Source: Octopus sinensis
Lineage: Eukaryota
Direction of reading: 5' to 3'
Assembly: GCF_006345805.1 (NCBI RefSeq)
Contig: NC_043000.1
Span: 144,646,001 to 144,710,000 of the forward strand
DNA: 64,000 nucleotides
Part shown: positions 1-13,887 of the stretch, piece after piece
Numbering within the stretch: the first letter of the stretch is position 1
How the letters are laid out: each line of letters opens with the position of its first letter
Position numbers and translations under genes: made by a program
Notes under the pieces: generated by a model
The model's input: only the letters and a program-made list of their open reading frames with translations
What the model was told of the DNA's origin: nothing
The model's database searches: none

Positions 1-192
1 ATTGAGCTGACCTAGAATATGATGTACATATGTTTTCACATAAGTCTGTGTCAACTTAGTGGAATCTGCCTAGTATCGAGGTTTTATATTTGTTAGCACT
101 CAGTCTGAATTCATGTGAATGACGTGTTTCGAAGCTTTGGGTTTCCTGTAATAGGAGTGGAGGAGCTGCACTTTGTTGTTCCCAGTTTCTAA

Positions 193-460
193 CCAAAGTT
201 CAGTATCGTATCACACCTATGTAGGACGTACTCCTTTAAGAATACAAAATGCACCAATGATAAATGCATGGTATGTAGGATTAATATTGGCCTTCTCTGT
301 AGAACTAGAAATGGTGTCTACAGCCTAAAGTGCAAAGAGGTTGCTTGTAAAGACATTAACATGATATACATAGGTGAGACATCTAAGAGCATTGCGGAAA
401 GACTAAATCAGCTTTCGAGACAATTTGACGACAAAAACAGTCCTCCATACTCTACCAAGA
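193..460 (+). mobile_element. Penelope-like element GIY-YIG endonuclease fragment
   Basis: Frame open from 193 reads ...KCTNDKCMVC...LCRTRNGVYSLKCKEVACKDINMIYIGETSKSIAERL. This has the VY...YIGET bipartite GIY-YIG motif and a Cys-rich linker, then decays into microsatellite. Confidence 0.75.
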
Positions 461-525
461 TACCAACTTATGTATGTCTGTGGGAGTGTGTGCGTGTGTG
501 TGTGCGTATATATATATATATATAT

Positions 526-572
<47 letters not shown>

Positions 573-733
573 CGTATCTTTGCCATTTCAATATGGCTAA
601 CCCCTAAGGGTGGATGCTACTATAGTTTTTAGCCCCAGGAGGACACACTCCTCCAGCTGGCCATAGACACACTTTCTGTGTCCTGTCAGTATTTGCAAAG
701 GGAAGTCATCCTTCCCGTCTTCAACTTATGATA

Positions 734-778
734 CACACGGACTCGAGTTTCGAGGTATTGACCTCTCGTCAGCGTGTG
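734..778 (-). ncRNA. Type I hammerhead ribozyme, canonical core
   Basis: Minus strand reads CACACG-CUGACGA-GAGGU(CAAU)ACCUC-GAAAC-UCGA-GUC/CGUGUG: 6-bp stem I, 5-bp stem II, palindromic stem III (ACUCGAGU). Predicted cut between 740 and 739. Confidence 0.9.
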
Positions 779-1086
779 ACAATCATAGTTGTCGGCGAGA
801 ATTAGATCTCCTTCACAAATACTTATACTTTTTCCAGCGCCCACTGTCGCTGATATTGAAAAAGTGAAATCAAACAATGATAAATATCAAAGTGAGTTAT
901 ATACAGTAGCGGTAACACATCGTGACGTATTTTTGCCATTTCAATATGGCTAACCCCTAAGGGTGGATGCTACTATAGTTTTTAGCCCCAGGAGGACACA
1001 CTCCTCTAGCTGGCCATAGACACACTTTCTGTGTCCTGTCAGTATTTGCGAAGGGAAGTCATCCTTCCCGTCTTCAACTTATGATA

Positions 1087-1131
1087 CACACGGACTCGAG
1101 TTTCGAGGTATTGACCTCTCGTCAGCGTGTG
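1087..1131 (-). ncRNA. Type I hammerhead ribozyme, canonical core (identical second copy)
   Basis: Same sequence as 734-778. Predicted cut between 1093 and 1092. Confidence 0.9.
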
Positions 1132-1166
1132 ACAATCATAGTTGCCGGCGAGAATTAGATCTCCTT

Positions 1167-1226
<60 letters not shown>

Positions 1227-1248
1227 TATATATATATATATACACCAC

Positions 1249-1309
<61 letters not shown>

Positions 1310-1310
<1 letters not shown>

Positions 1311-1515
1311 CTAATATAAACATGAACAAGGAGAAAACACAACAACGCGAGGACGTGGAACAAGTATAGAGTTATTGGACTTTCAGGAAAGGAAAGAAAG
1401 ACGGAGGATTTAACGTTTCGATGGGAGCTCTTCGTCAGAAATTTGTAAAAAAGGAAAAGTCCAAGGGAGGGAAGACGGAGAAAGAAAATCGCCAACGATA
1501 CACACGCGGTCACAC
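1310..1515 (-). mobile_element. Short PLE-type non-autonomous element (family A) with degenerate hammerhead at 1408-1442
   Basis: Homologous to 14220-14420 and 33290-33490. Minus strand reads AUUU-CUGACGA-A-GAGCUCCCAUC-GAAACGUU/AAAU, with stem II damaged. Confidence 0.7.
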
Positions 1516-2617
1516 ATATACGTATGTATATATGTGTATATGCATATATATGTAGTTAAATGGATACGAATGTAAACAAAGAGACTCAGAGAGAGATAGG
1601 TACGTAGGTAATATGAACAGACAAGCACACATACACACATGCATACACAAATGAAGAGTGAAACACATGACATTACACATAATTCACACAAGGCACGTAT
1701 GGAGACACACATCTATACATATCAGATGCACGCACGTAGTTAGAAGGAGAGATACATACACACACAAACGCACATTCATATGAAGAATACATGCATATAA
1801 ACGTACACACATGCATACATATATATATATATGCATATGTATATATATATATGCATACATTCATATATATATATATAGATATGGGCATACATGCATACAT
1901 ATGTGTATGCGCACGCTCTGACACATATACATGCGCACAAACAAACAAAAAGAATGCAGCTCAGAGAACAGACAGAGTCAACGACTATTGAAAAGTTTGT
2001 GAGACGCAACGAAAATTTTAGGGAAAATAAAGATGTAAATGAGTAGAAAACTAAACCGCAGCGTGTGTTAAATAATAAAGCACTGAAACACATTGACTGT
2101 CCCTTGACACAACAAAATATGCTCGAACACACAAATTTACATAAAGAATTTGAAAACCAAATCCCAAGGCGAAATATTATTACATAGTTCATCATAATTC
2201 CTTATATGTATATTTTCGGTAAATTTGCATCACATCTTCCATATTTCTAAATCCTTTTTTGATAACATTACACTTTTGTATATCAATTTACATTAATAAC
2301 ATTTATCTTGCAAGCTTTGCATTGCAGAAACCTATACAAAAATCATAAATAATTAGTTATTCTATCCTAATAGGACTTACGTAAGTAATTCTTGAATAAT
2401 ATACGTTCCAAATCTGACCCGAATCATTAAACCTAATATCCACACTTAAACTTACCACGTCATATATAATTCCAGATTAACCTCAATGTCAATAGAGTAA
2501 GTTTTCTGTACATATCTTGGAAGTAATTAATTTTGTAACAGTGTACATACAAGAATACATACACACATATGCAGACATATGTGTATGTACGTGAGTGTGT
2601 GTTTCCTTTCATATATG

Positions 2618-2658
<41 letters not shown>

Positions 2659-2789
2659 ACATGCAGATTGCGATAAATAAACTGCCACCTACGCAAGTAT
2701 TAAACTAACACTGACATCTCATTTTAGCAGATTTATTTCCACAAATTACATAAAAATATCCTGAAACACTAATTTATATATTTATTCAA

Positions 2790-3245
2790 TAAAATCGCCA
2801 TTGGCATCAACCACAGCCGCCAGACGACTTTGGCATCTTCTGAATCTCTTGTTTAATCTGGTGAATGCTGCTATAATACTTGCCTTAAGTTCATCTTTGC
2901 TGTTACAAGCAGTTTTGTGTGTCTCTCGCTTAACTGCTACCCACACATGATAATCAAAGGGGTTGCAATCTGGGGAGTTAGGTGGCCAGGCATTTCCCTG
3001 TAGATGCTTTCTTTGATTATAGATGTTAACAGACAGTCATGTTTGGCTTCTCCTGCTTGTGTTGCATGGTGCACAGTATTATCGCCAGACATAGGATCTT
3101 CCAACAGTCACCCTCTTTATCCAGGGCAAGACTACCAACTCCAGGCACTTGATGTATGCCTCCCTCTTGAGTCTGAGGCCATGTGGGAGGATGAATGGAG
3201 TTATAATTTCGCCATTAGTAGTGATCATCCCAAACAACCTGATGC
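2790..3245 (-). mobile_element. Tc1/mariner-superfamily transposase C-terminal fragment (pseudogenised)
   Basis: Minus-strand translation gives FILPHGLRLKREAYIKCLELVVLPWI...SYVW, a degenerate QDxAPCH, and WPPNSPDCNP, the typical motif around the third catalytic D. Confidence 0.75.
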
Positions 3246-4254
3246 TGATTGAATTCTTGATTTTTATCACTCTCGGTGCAATTACTCAGATTTCATGTTC
3301 TCAGATTGACACCCAAGTACTGAAATGTTTGTCATGGACTTCCGGATCGAATGCTATGTTTCAAAACACGTCATTTCCAAATTTCTGGCAGATTGAATTG
3401 GTTTATGGTGCTCTTTTAGTCATAGATGGTGCCTAACCGACCCTACTATACTGTGTATTCGACAACATCAAAGACACAATGCGCATGCAGGAAAAGAACG
3501 ATATATAATGGCAACAATTTACCCATCGCACCGAGCATGCATATATATATATATATATATATAAACACTCACATATATACACATGTACACACACACACGC
3601 ATATATATATATATATATATATATATAGATATATATATATAATATATATATATATATATTATACAGATATATATATATATGTATATGTACAAACATATAT
3701 ACCTACACAAATATGAGAATATATATATATGTGTGTGTGTCTGTGTTTGTGTGTACGGTTTAAATAGATGATCATAAAATCTGTGTCTCTAAATGTTTGT
3801 AAAATCACAGCAGCTAAACTATATGCAATTCAATATTTGAACTTAGAGCTTGCATTGCATGTCCCAACCTTACACTATGCTACTAGGATAGATTTAGTTC
3901 AGTCCTTTCCTGTTTAAATGTCAGGATAATAACCTAATGGCCTAACAATACATTCTACGATGCAGAAGCATTTGCTCAAAATGTTCTTTATCATATTCCA
4001 TATTTCGTAATATTTCACCGGAATATTTCGCTACATTCTCCTTACTGCTACCCTTACGAATTATCTAATCATTTGTTGATTTCAAACGTTTTGCAAACTT
4101 TTTTCTTTTTAAGTTTTCTAATTAAACAACAAAAATCTATATTTAATTACATAGTTGATTTGATCAATTGTCTCCAAATTGATATCCTATTTTGTCTTAA
4201 ATTCAAATTACGTGCCTGATACTTCTACAACACCCTCAACTCCACGCACAAAGT

Positions 4255-4327
4255 AACAACGACTGCTACTACTACTAACACCACCACCTCCACCATCACC
4301 ACCACCACCACCACCACTTCCACTACA

Positions 4328-4388
<61 letters not shown>

Positions 4389-4470
4389 TTACCACAACCA
4401 CTATTACTGCCACTATTACTACTGCTGCCAATAGTACTACTACTACTAATACTACTAATACTAATAGTAT
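4255..4470. repeat. Compound trinucleotide microsatellite (ACT/ACC/ATT)n
   Basis: Directly visible. Accounts for the poly-Val ORF 4225-4548. Confidence 0.9.
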
Positions 4471-4865
4471 TATTTTCTTAAATCCTTGCAATTCTTTTCC
4501 CACTCTCACAAATAATTCAGGTGGATTCGAGGCAATAAAAAGCTTCACATATCCACGTTGCTACACTTTGGGATCGAATTCGTGACCAATAACGATAAAT
4601 TCTAAGACGTTCAACAATTGTTGTCCTGTACATGCACAAAGATGTCCATAAATTCACACACATCTTCACACACGCCCACAAACACGCATATACGATTTTA
4701 TTTCATCAGAAGGTCTACGCTTCCCATAGGTTTATATTCACTTAAATATAATGTTGTGAGAATATATTGAGTACATTCTCAAACATTAACCTTCTAAATC
4801 CATCGATTCACTCGAACCCTGTATATATACTTAAACACATACTTACAAACACGTAGAAACGTGTT

Positions 4866-4949
<84 letters not shown>

Positions 4950-5860
4950 CATATATTTATATATGCTTGTAATTATAAGTAGTGTGTATATATGCATGTA
5001 TGTTTATATATGTATATATTTACGTATGTATGCATGTTGGTGTGATTTCATTTTCAGTACTACACTCATGCTTGTTTCGATAAATACATAATTCTAGTAT
5101 TTATTACCCACTTTGCTTTTAAGCCACCCAAATGTTCTAGGACCATTTCGAAGTAACTCATAAAATTCTCGTTAAGACGAGATTCCTCATAACTTCTTAT
5201 GACACCTTATTTATCGAATTCCCGCAACAACCTTATCGGTAAGCACATACATATATATATTCTCCGATATAAATATCACAATGGCCTCAATCAATCAGCC
5301 GTACAATTTCTACAAATATTCTGGTCATTATATCTCTAAGCATCGGTACTAAGCATTACACTTCTTATCAAGAAAGCATGACGATATCAAAATTAATACA
5401 GGAATAACAATTCTCAAATATATGTACAAACGTCGGTTTAGGAGTATCGGTGCATTTTACAATAAGGGAAAATGCATGTATTTAGAATGAATCATATAAT
5501 TAATAAAAGTGCTAAGACAGGTTAGATTTTTTGGTGAGGATAAGAGTAAAATGGAGTATGAATTATCATCATACAATCTAATCAAGTCCTTAAATATAAT
5601 AAAGAAAAATAATGCTCTGTACTGTTGTTCATTATACATATTGCCATAGACTCTGCGAGTAAAGCAATGGAACCCGAGGCAAAATTTAATCGTGTAGTGA
5701 GTTGTTATTTAACACATCATGCTAACAAATTGTGAGATAATTAGGACCTTAACAGTTGTGTATAATGTAGAATAAATAATGTTCTAAATGACTGCTTCTA
5801 CTAAGAAATGCCTGGTTTTTATTCAATATGGTCAACAAGAATCTTTATATATATATATAT

Positions 5861-6385
5861 ACTAGCAGTATCGCCCGGCGTTGCTCGGGTTTGTAAGGGA
5901 AATAACTATATAAGCATTTTTAGTACGTTATAGCCAAAAAATAGCAAAAAAATGCATTAAAAATGGAATAAAAAATGATGGTAATTTTGGTGTCTTCAAG
6001 CAATAGAGTCGTTGTTCTAAAAGAACGCTGGTCTCCTTGACAATGCTTTACGACGTTGATTTCCTTACACTCCCTTCCCCACAGCTTCACGAGGGAGGGA
6101 AGAAGGGGGAGAAGCAAACAGGTGCAGGTGTGAGCGTGGACGCCAACTCCGCCGCCATCGACACACGAAAAAACATGCATTAAAATGGAATAAAAAATGA
6201 TGTTAAATTATTTTTAAAATCGTAGACTCATCGTAGACGCGCGCTAATACCCAAACGGGCTCGATATGAATCACGACTATAAGATACCCGAATTTGGTTA
6301 AACTGCACCGCAAAATGTGGGAGTAGTTAGGAATCTAAATCGAAGGGGACAGACACTCACACAACTACAGTTTTATATATATAGA
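5861..6385 (+). mobile_element. Non-autonomous Helitron/Helentron-like (HINE-type) element
   Basis: Starts (T)ACTAGC followed by a subterminal hairpin CCCG-gcgttgct-CGGG, ends TTTTATATATATAGAT, and sits in TA-rich sequence. This end architecture resembles insect HINE/Lep1-type elements (recalled, not searched). Confidence 0.5.
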
Positions 6386-6964
6386 TATATATATGTGTGT
6401 GTGTGTGGGGGGGTTTGGGTGTGGTATGTGTGTGTGTGTGTGTGTATGTGGTGAAGGTAATTTTTCTTGCATTTACAGTACGTATTTCCTTTTTTTCTTG
6501 TCTAGATATATCTTGCATAAATACCTGCATTTAATGAGCGCAGAATTGACTTCGAAATGTATACTATCTCTATGAGCTACAACTATTCCAACATGAAATT
6601 AAGTAATGATATTGAATGCAAATTTGAATATGAAATTATGTAATAATTGACTAGTTACCTGTCATTCTTTCGGGTTCTATGAACTAACACTTCAGCAAAC
6701 ACTTCAGAATCTGATATGTAAAAAGTAATACTTAAGTGACGAGACGGGAGAATCTTTAGCACGCTGAGCAAAATACTTGACGAAATTTCTGCCTTCTTAA
6801 CGTCATTAGTTCAAATTTCGCAGAAATCGACTTTGCCTTTTACCTTTTCGTGTCGAAATATTTATGAACCGAATTAATTGACTATCCTTCTTTCCTAAAA
6901 TTGGAGGACTTGTACATATAGTAAAATGAAGTATATATTAGAAGATGGCAATAACTCTTAATAT

Positions 6965-7110
6965 CATTACGTTCTCAATTAAAATTCTGCCAAGGTGGAT
7001 TTAGCCTTCTATCATTTCGAGGTCTACAAAAGCAGTATCAGTTGAGTAATGGATTTCTTTTAACTGATAACCTCCTTCCCCGCTATTGCTGGCACTGTGC
7101 CAAAATATCT
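6965..7110 (+). mobile_element. Degenerate tRNA-derived SINE fragment
   Basis: ACGTTCTCAATTAAAATTCTGCCAAGGTGGATTTAGCCTT... aligns by eye with the SINE body at 35350-35540. Confidence 0.5.
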
Positions 7111-7494
7111 AACCACCATTATTATAAAGGGACAGAGCATTTTTAGTATTATTATTTCTTTTTTTCTGAATGTTCCTTTTATTCACATTTATAATTTTGC
7201 TTGATATTTTGATTTCTCCGCTGGCCTTCTAATTTATTTGTATCAATAAGTTGCTATTATTAAACAATAGTTTGAAAAAATCAATAGTCTGTTAACTATT
7301 TGTATTGAAGGTTATTCTGAATTACAGTTTGAACTGGAATTCAATTATTCTCCCATTGTTCCAAAAATTGAAGAATAAACAACTTACAGTGAGTATATAA
7401 CCATGCATATATGTTTGTGATTAAACATTCTCTGATAAATAATTGCCACTCTGTATATTCTGAAATATAGACTATATTGAAATTAAATGAGATA

Positions 7495-7717
7495 TACAAG
7501 GGTGTGCCGAAAAGTTCCTGGATTTTAGGGTATCGCGAAAGGTTGGTTTAGTGTCCAAACCTTGCGAGTTCTTTTACCGGGCTTTGATAAACTGAAGGAT
7601 AATTGCAATAAGTGTATGAATCTGAGAGGGAAATATGTTGAATAAAGTCATAATTAAGTAATCCACTTCTATTTATCTTTTTACCCAAAGTCAGTAAGTG
7701 TCCAGTACCACGTCGTA
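7495..7717 (+). mobile_element. mariner-derived MITE/internal deletion derivative
   Basis: TACAAGGG...AAAAGTTCC and ...CGTCGTA degenerate TIR-like ends. Carries the mariner C-terminal signature CNKCMNLRGKYVE*. Confidence 0.55.
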
Positions 7718-8319
7718 TCATTAATGAATCGATGAAAGTTTTGGGGGTAACAATATCTCATATTTACTCGAACGTGTTGTAAGGAAGCTTATACGAAAAA
7801 TATACAAATTCTGAAGTGTATATTTAAAGTTCATAATATTAAAACACACTTCGTAAGATTTTTCGAAATTGTAATGTAATTCGTTTCGTTCTTTTTACTA
7901 TGATTCTTTCTGTCGCATATCACCATATTTACTTGGTAATTTTAAGTATAAAGTATCAATCGAAGTTAATGCAATAGTAATGCTAAGGGCAAAATACTGA
8001 GGTAGGTCTACTGCGAAAAAAATTTTGTAAAATCAAGCCGTGCAGGAAATATCGCCAAACAGGGAAACGAAACTGCTAAAGAGATTAAGATACGATGTAT
8101 ATGAATACAGAATAGGAAATACTGACGCATGTTCAGCCAGATGTTACTGCTTCCTCATGAGTTCGAAAACGCATCGAGTTGTTCCAATTTTTCTCTCTAT
8201 ATGAGTGCGCATGTACGTATAAAAATACGTTTGTATGTATACACATACACATATGTACACACAACTACACATCTTCATACTTACATGCATATGCGTGTGT
8301 GGGTTTATATATACATATA

Positions 8320-8361
<42 letters not shown>

Positions 8362-8726
8362 TATATATACATACATATATATAAATATGAGTTATATATA
8401 TGTACATACACACGTGGGTACACACACGTGTGTTTGTGCGTGTGTGTACATAAAATATTATGCACACACAAGGCACACACATAAACACAAACATGCACAC
8501 ATTTAGAAAGAGAGACTTGAAAGCTTGCATGGAAGTGCACAGACATGAAATACAGCAAAACGGTACATTAATATAAAAGCTCCCATTTGTATTATCCGAA
8601 CCAAACAAATATTCTAAGTTTGGTCCAGCCTGTTAATAAAAGTCAAACAGTTTACAAAAGTGTTTCGGTAATAAAGAAATAATGACTAACACAATCACAA
8701 CCCACATAAGCACATATTATTTCTTA

Positions 8727-8772
<46 letters not shown>

Positions 8773-9040
8773 ATATATATTATATATATATATATATATA
8801 CATATGTATATGTATATATATGTATGTATATGTATATGTATGTATGTATATGCATATATATACATGCTTATATTGGATTGTGAATTTGTGTATGTACATG
8901 CCCAGAGTGTATCTGCTGTCCGTTGTATACATAAGGTACATTTTTTTGTGTACGTATTATATAGGTATACATTTAGCATTATGATATATAAATTTAATAT
9001 ATTAGTATATATGTGCCTCTGTGTTTCCGTATATGTGTGT

Positions 9041-9086
<46 letters not shown>

Positions 9087-9769
9087 AGTACACATGGACT
9101 CACACACGCATACACACACAGATTACACACATATGCAATATAATACGTTGGTCTGTGTATGTATGAATATTCTCATATAATCATGAGCGTACGTATGTCT
9201 TAATAAATAGTTTTACGACCCAAATTCCTATAGTAGCGGAACCAACCCAAACCAACAACCTATGTATGAGAACAGAACACAATCCACCTCACTACCTCAT
9301 CGCTTTCCAGTTTTAGCGAAAAAGCCTTAAAGCGTGACGTGGCGCAACATGAATTCAATATTTACCGACTAACTAATGATATCTTTATTCATTTCCTTGT
9401 TGGATTTGTTTCCAAACAGTTGTAACACACCGCTTACCGGATATTACCAGCTAGGGTAGCAAACGATTGCTTCCTGTTTTGTCAAAGCCATGCGTATTCC
9501 CTCTTGTAGTGCTAAACAGTCCCTGTTCACTACGCTCCGTTGAGCACAGCTTGTGTTAGGAAAAGTTTTATATAAAGCCTATTTTTTTCATACTTTATCA
9601 CAGGACATTACTTCTGTTTTTCTTTCATGTATGTTGAATTTTTTTTTGTAATATTTCATCAATTTGTTCTATATACTTTATTCGATATTCATACTTTTAT
9701 TATATTTCTGCAATCCTAATTTCCTCTCGTTAGTATATATAATTTATTGGCGTTGCTGACGTTGTTGTT

Positions 9770-9960
<191 letters not shown>

Positions 9961-10269
9961 TCTCTTGCAATCATAGTTAACACTATCACCATTATCATCG
10001 TCACATTCACCATTTTATTATTGTCTGGTGAGGAAAATATTAATGGTATGATCTCAGAGAAATGAAACGTAAGTATTCGATTTCAATTCCTGTGTGTGCG
10101 AGGAAAGAATCATATGCCTACTTACATATACAGAATGGCGACTTTGCTCTCCATACTTTTGCAGATGATGAAATACGTAAGAGTTAAGCAGTGGTGTTGA
10201 AGATATCGACAAGCCCCATATCCCAAAACTATTTCAGAAAGGCTATTGCAGAGTAAATTTGTATTCTAC

Positions 10270-10289
10270 TACGACTGCTGCTGCTGCTT

Positions 10290-10359
<70 letters not shown>

Positions 10360-10391
10360 AACTACTACTACTCATAATAATAATAATAATA

Positions 10392-10423
<32 letters not shown>

Positions 10424-10424
10424 T

Positions 10425-10505
<81 letters not shown>

Positions 10506-10770
10506 CCTTTCTATTATAGGCACAAGGCTATGAGAGGGTACTAGTAGATTTCATAGCCCCCATAGGTTCAATAGTACTTAATTTATCGATCCCGAAAGGA
10601 TGAAAAGCAAAGTTGACTTAGGTGGAATTTGAACTAAGAACGTAAAGACAGACGAACTAGTAATAATAATAATAATAATGATAATATCAACAACAAGAAC
10701 AATAATAATAATAATAACAATAATGATGATGATGATGATGATGATAATGGTGATGATGATGATAATAATA

Positions 10771-10814
<44 letters not shown>

Positions 10815-10840
10815 AATGATAATGATGATGACGATGATGG

Positions 10841-10880
<40 letters not shown>

Positions 10881-11202
10881 AATAATAGGAGCAGAAGAGG
10901 AAGGTGGAAAGATGAGGGGACGGGTGGAGGTGGAGGAGGAGGAGGAGGAAAAGGAGGAGGAAGAGGAAGAGGAAGAGGGAGGAAGTGGAGGAGAAACATA
11001 ACTGAAACCGTTAACAGGCTTATAGACGCAATATTCAACAACTGCTGGTTTAGCAAAATATTTGCTCAATTACTTCGTAAAATGTTTACTGCATGCCATG
11101 CTGAAAATTTGTCCCGCTACGGCTGTGTTGTTACTGCCACTATCGACGGTCTCTAGTCTGTCGCTGCATCTGATACGAATGATAGGCATTATGATTACAA
11201 CG

Positions 11203-11251
<49 letters not shown>

Positions 11252-11400
11252 TAGTGGGAGAGGTGGCGACTGTGGCGATTGTTTTTGCGTCTGTGGTGGT
11301 GATGTTGAAGCGGGTAAGGAGTAAGAAGATGACAGCGAAGGTGATGGGGAAGAAGAAGATGACGATATTGATGACATCAGTTGTAATAGCATTCTAATGT
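10270..11400. repeat. Compound trinucleotide tract (ACT)n-(AAT)n-(GAT)n-(GAG)n interrupted by a SINE fragment
   Basis: Directly visible. Explains the poly-I/S/M ORFs. Confidence 0.9.
10505..10658 (-). mobile_element. tRNA-derived SINE, 5'-truncated
   Basis: TTTATCGATCCCGAAAGGATGAAAAGCAAAGTTGAC...GAATTTGAACTAAGAACGT matches the family at 51312 and 58732. Confidence 0.75.
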
Positions 11401-11631
11401 TTGACGATGAGGAAAATATACAAAAAACAAATGCCCGCTAGTATTAATGAGGTGACTTCACTTTTTTGTGGTCACTAGTAATGTGTGTTGTTGAGTTTTC
11501 TCTAGACATATTTGGCTTCGTCCTTAACAACGATGCCTATAGAACTTTTATCAGCACACGGATTGAAATATGCATGCTTAGACTAATAAATACACGCATA
11601 CGGTGTTGATGGTCTTTCTCTCTCTCATCTT

Positions 11632-11666
<35 letters not shown>

Positions 11667-12599
11667 GTTGGCGGGGTGCGTGTCAGTGTGTCTACGTGTG
11701 AGTCTGTGGGTGTGTAAGCAGTTATGTATGTTTGTATTCGTGTGTGTGTGTGTGTGTGTTTTCGTATGTGTATTTTCATGTTTTCGCGTGCGTCTGTGTT
11801 ATTTCTGTGATGGAGTGTGACCTAGTGCTTTATGGTTTCGCCTCGCTATCCTAGCGTTGCGCTTTCCAATCTTGGAGCAGGTGACACATTCTGTCCTTTA
11901 TCAATTATCTGTTCAATGTTGTTCCAATGTACACAGGTAAAGCTTACTAGCCTGCCAATTGCTAGTGCAGCTCTCTTCCGCTACCTCGCCGCTTCACTCT
12001 CAAATTATCTCACACTTCTCCCTCTCTCTCTGTCGAATTATCACTTCCTCATTGTTGCACAGTTTAAATGGTAAGCAATTCAAAGTGAGTTTATCTGTGC
12101 TCGGGACAACATAAAACGAATAGTCAAAGCATGTTAGGTGTCACCACGCCCTACTCGTTTCTGGAGTAGAGCTCACCTTTAAATATTCGGGCGTATGTGT
12201 GTATGTGTCTATGTTTGCGTGTATGTATGTGTGTATATATGTATATTGTATGTATGTGTGTATATATGTATGTTGTATGTATGTGTGCGTATGATTGTAT
12301 ACATGTGTTTCGATATTTGTTAGTGCGTGTGGCACAAGAATTCGTGAGATATCGATTTTGAATTATGGCACACGTCAACAAACAAAAACCTGAAGTCAGT
12401 TACTGAAATAAGTGTGAGATTAGAGATATAGTTATTTATTTTACCACCACAAAATTTGAGGTGGTAAAATGAGGTTTATAGCCTAAAGTAATGTATACGT
12501 TGCAGAATACCACCCTACAAAGGGAAATATAAAAAGAATGATCTTAAATATATTGAATTATATTGGGAACAGTCGTATATATATTTACCTCACGCAAAT

Positions 12600-13700
12600 A
12601 TAACATGAACACTGAAACAACTTCTCAATCACTCGAATGACGATGTGATATATATCGACCTTGCCGTACTCTTAGACAAAGTTTATCACGGGTCGATGTG
12701 TCACAAACTGCCTGAAATTCGTCTCGCTGGAAAATGAGAAGAGTGGATGTACGTCTTTTTTAAAAAGCAGACATCAGAGTGCAACCCATGGTGCCTTTTC
12801 TGAGAGGATATTATTTCTCGGGCGTAATCCCTCGGGAAACTCTACTGGGACCAATAGTGTTTGTGGTGATTCCCATAGACATGCCCTGAATCATGCAGTC
12901 AGCCACTTTCATGAGCTATGTTAATGATACAAGAGTATCACAGGCAGTGAAGCCATGAGCGTAATATATACATAGGTGGGTTGTTGAAAATAAAATGCAG
13001 ATCGATGCTGAGAAATTTCAAGCAATCCATTATTGGTCCACAATCATACTATTATTGGAATACAAAGGACCAAAGGGTAGCGCAATGAAAGAGCAAGAAT
13101 TGGAGAGTGACTGGGGAATCCAAATGAGTGATGATGCAATATTGCATATGTATATTTCCAAAAGGGGAAAATTTTGTGCAAACAAGTACTTGGATGGATT
13201 CTGAGATGATACAGAACCAGGATAAAGGATACCACGCTCCTTCTATGGAGAACTTTCGTTCTCAGTAGTATGAATTACTGCATCCAAATGTGGACACAGA
13301 TTGAGAAAACGATGGCGGAAAAAGAAGCAATCCAGAACTATCAGAGTAAGAAGATTGAGCTGGTGCAACAGATGAGCTATGGGAGACTCGAAAGGGACTG
13401 ACATTCTACTCATTAGTGAGAAGACATGAATTTTCGATATATATATGGAAGATTATGGAAGTTCTAGTACTTAAATGGGTAATTGAAAGCTATAACAACA
13501 ATTGAAATGGTTAGTACTGCATAGCACCAAAGCTTCCGTCATCTCCAACCATAATAGGGACCCTATATTAGAAGAGCTTGTGTTTTGTTTCAAGGGTCTA
13601 CGACTATTATATTCTTCCAAATAGCCTCATAAGAATGCGAGGGTAGATGTGGAGGACATCAAAGAATGATTTTTAAAAAAATATCTAAGATAGCAGACGA
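12600..13700 (+). mobile_element. Highly degenerate CR1/L2-group LINE RT remnant
   Basis: DVIYIDLA...DKVYHG-like and SY(A)(D)DT-like segments, colinear with the better-preserved copy at 18436. Many stops and indels. Confidence 0.55.
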
Positions 13701-13817
13701 CCTCCATATCGATGTTAAAGTTTCACTGAATTCATGGGATTATTCAAATTTACACGCACACATGCGCACATGTGCGTGTATGTTTATATACGTATATATA
13801 TATATCAACACACAGAC

Positions 13818-13887
<70 letters not shown>

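Larger units (their letters stand above)
569..1170 (-). repeat. 1.7-unit tandem repeat (period 353 nt) carrying two hammerhead ribozymes; retrozyme/PLE pseudo-LTR-like
   Basis: 569-817 and 922-1170 are 249-nt direct copies with 4 substitutions seen, separated by a 104-nt spacer. (TA)n lies on both sides. Confidence 0.9.

Noticed and set aside
10638-11155. ~170-codon ATG-less open frame reading poly-N/D then GGG-RGRGR
   Set aside because: It consists almost entirely of trinucleotide repeats, begins inside a SINE fragment, and has no convincing splice sites.
11832-12074. 80-aa ORF with a CAG/GTAAAG donor-like site
   Set aside because: No acceptor or recognisable protein, and no supporting evidence.
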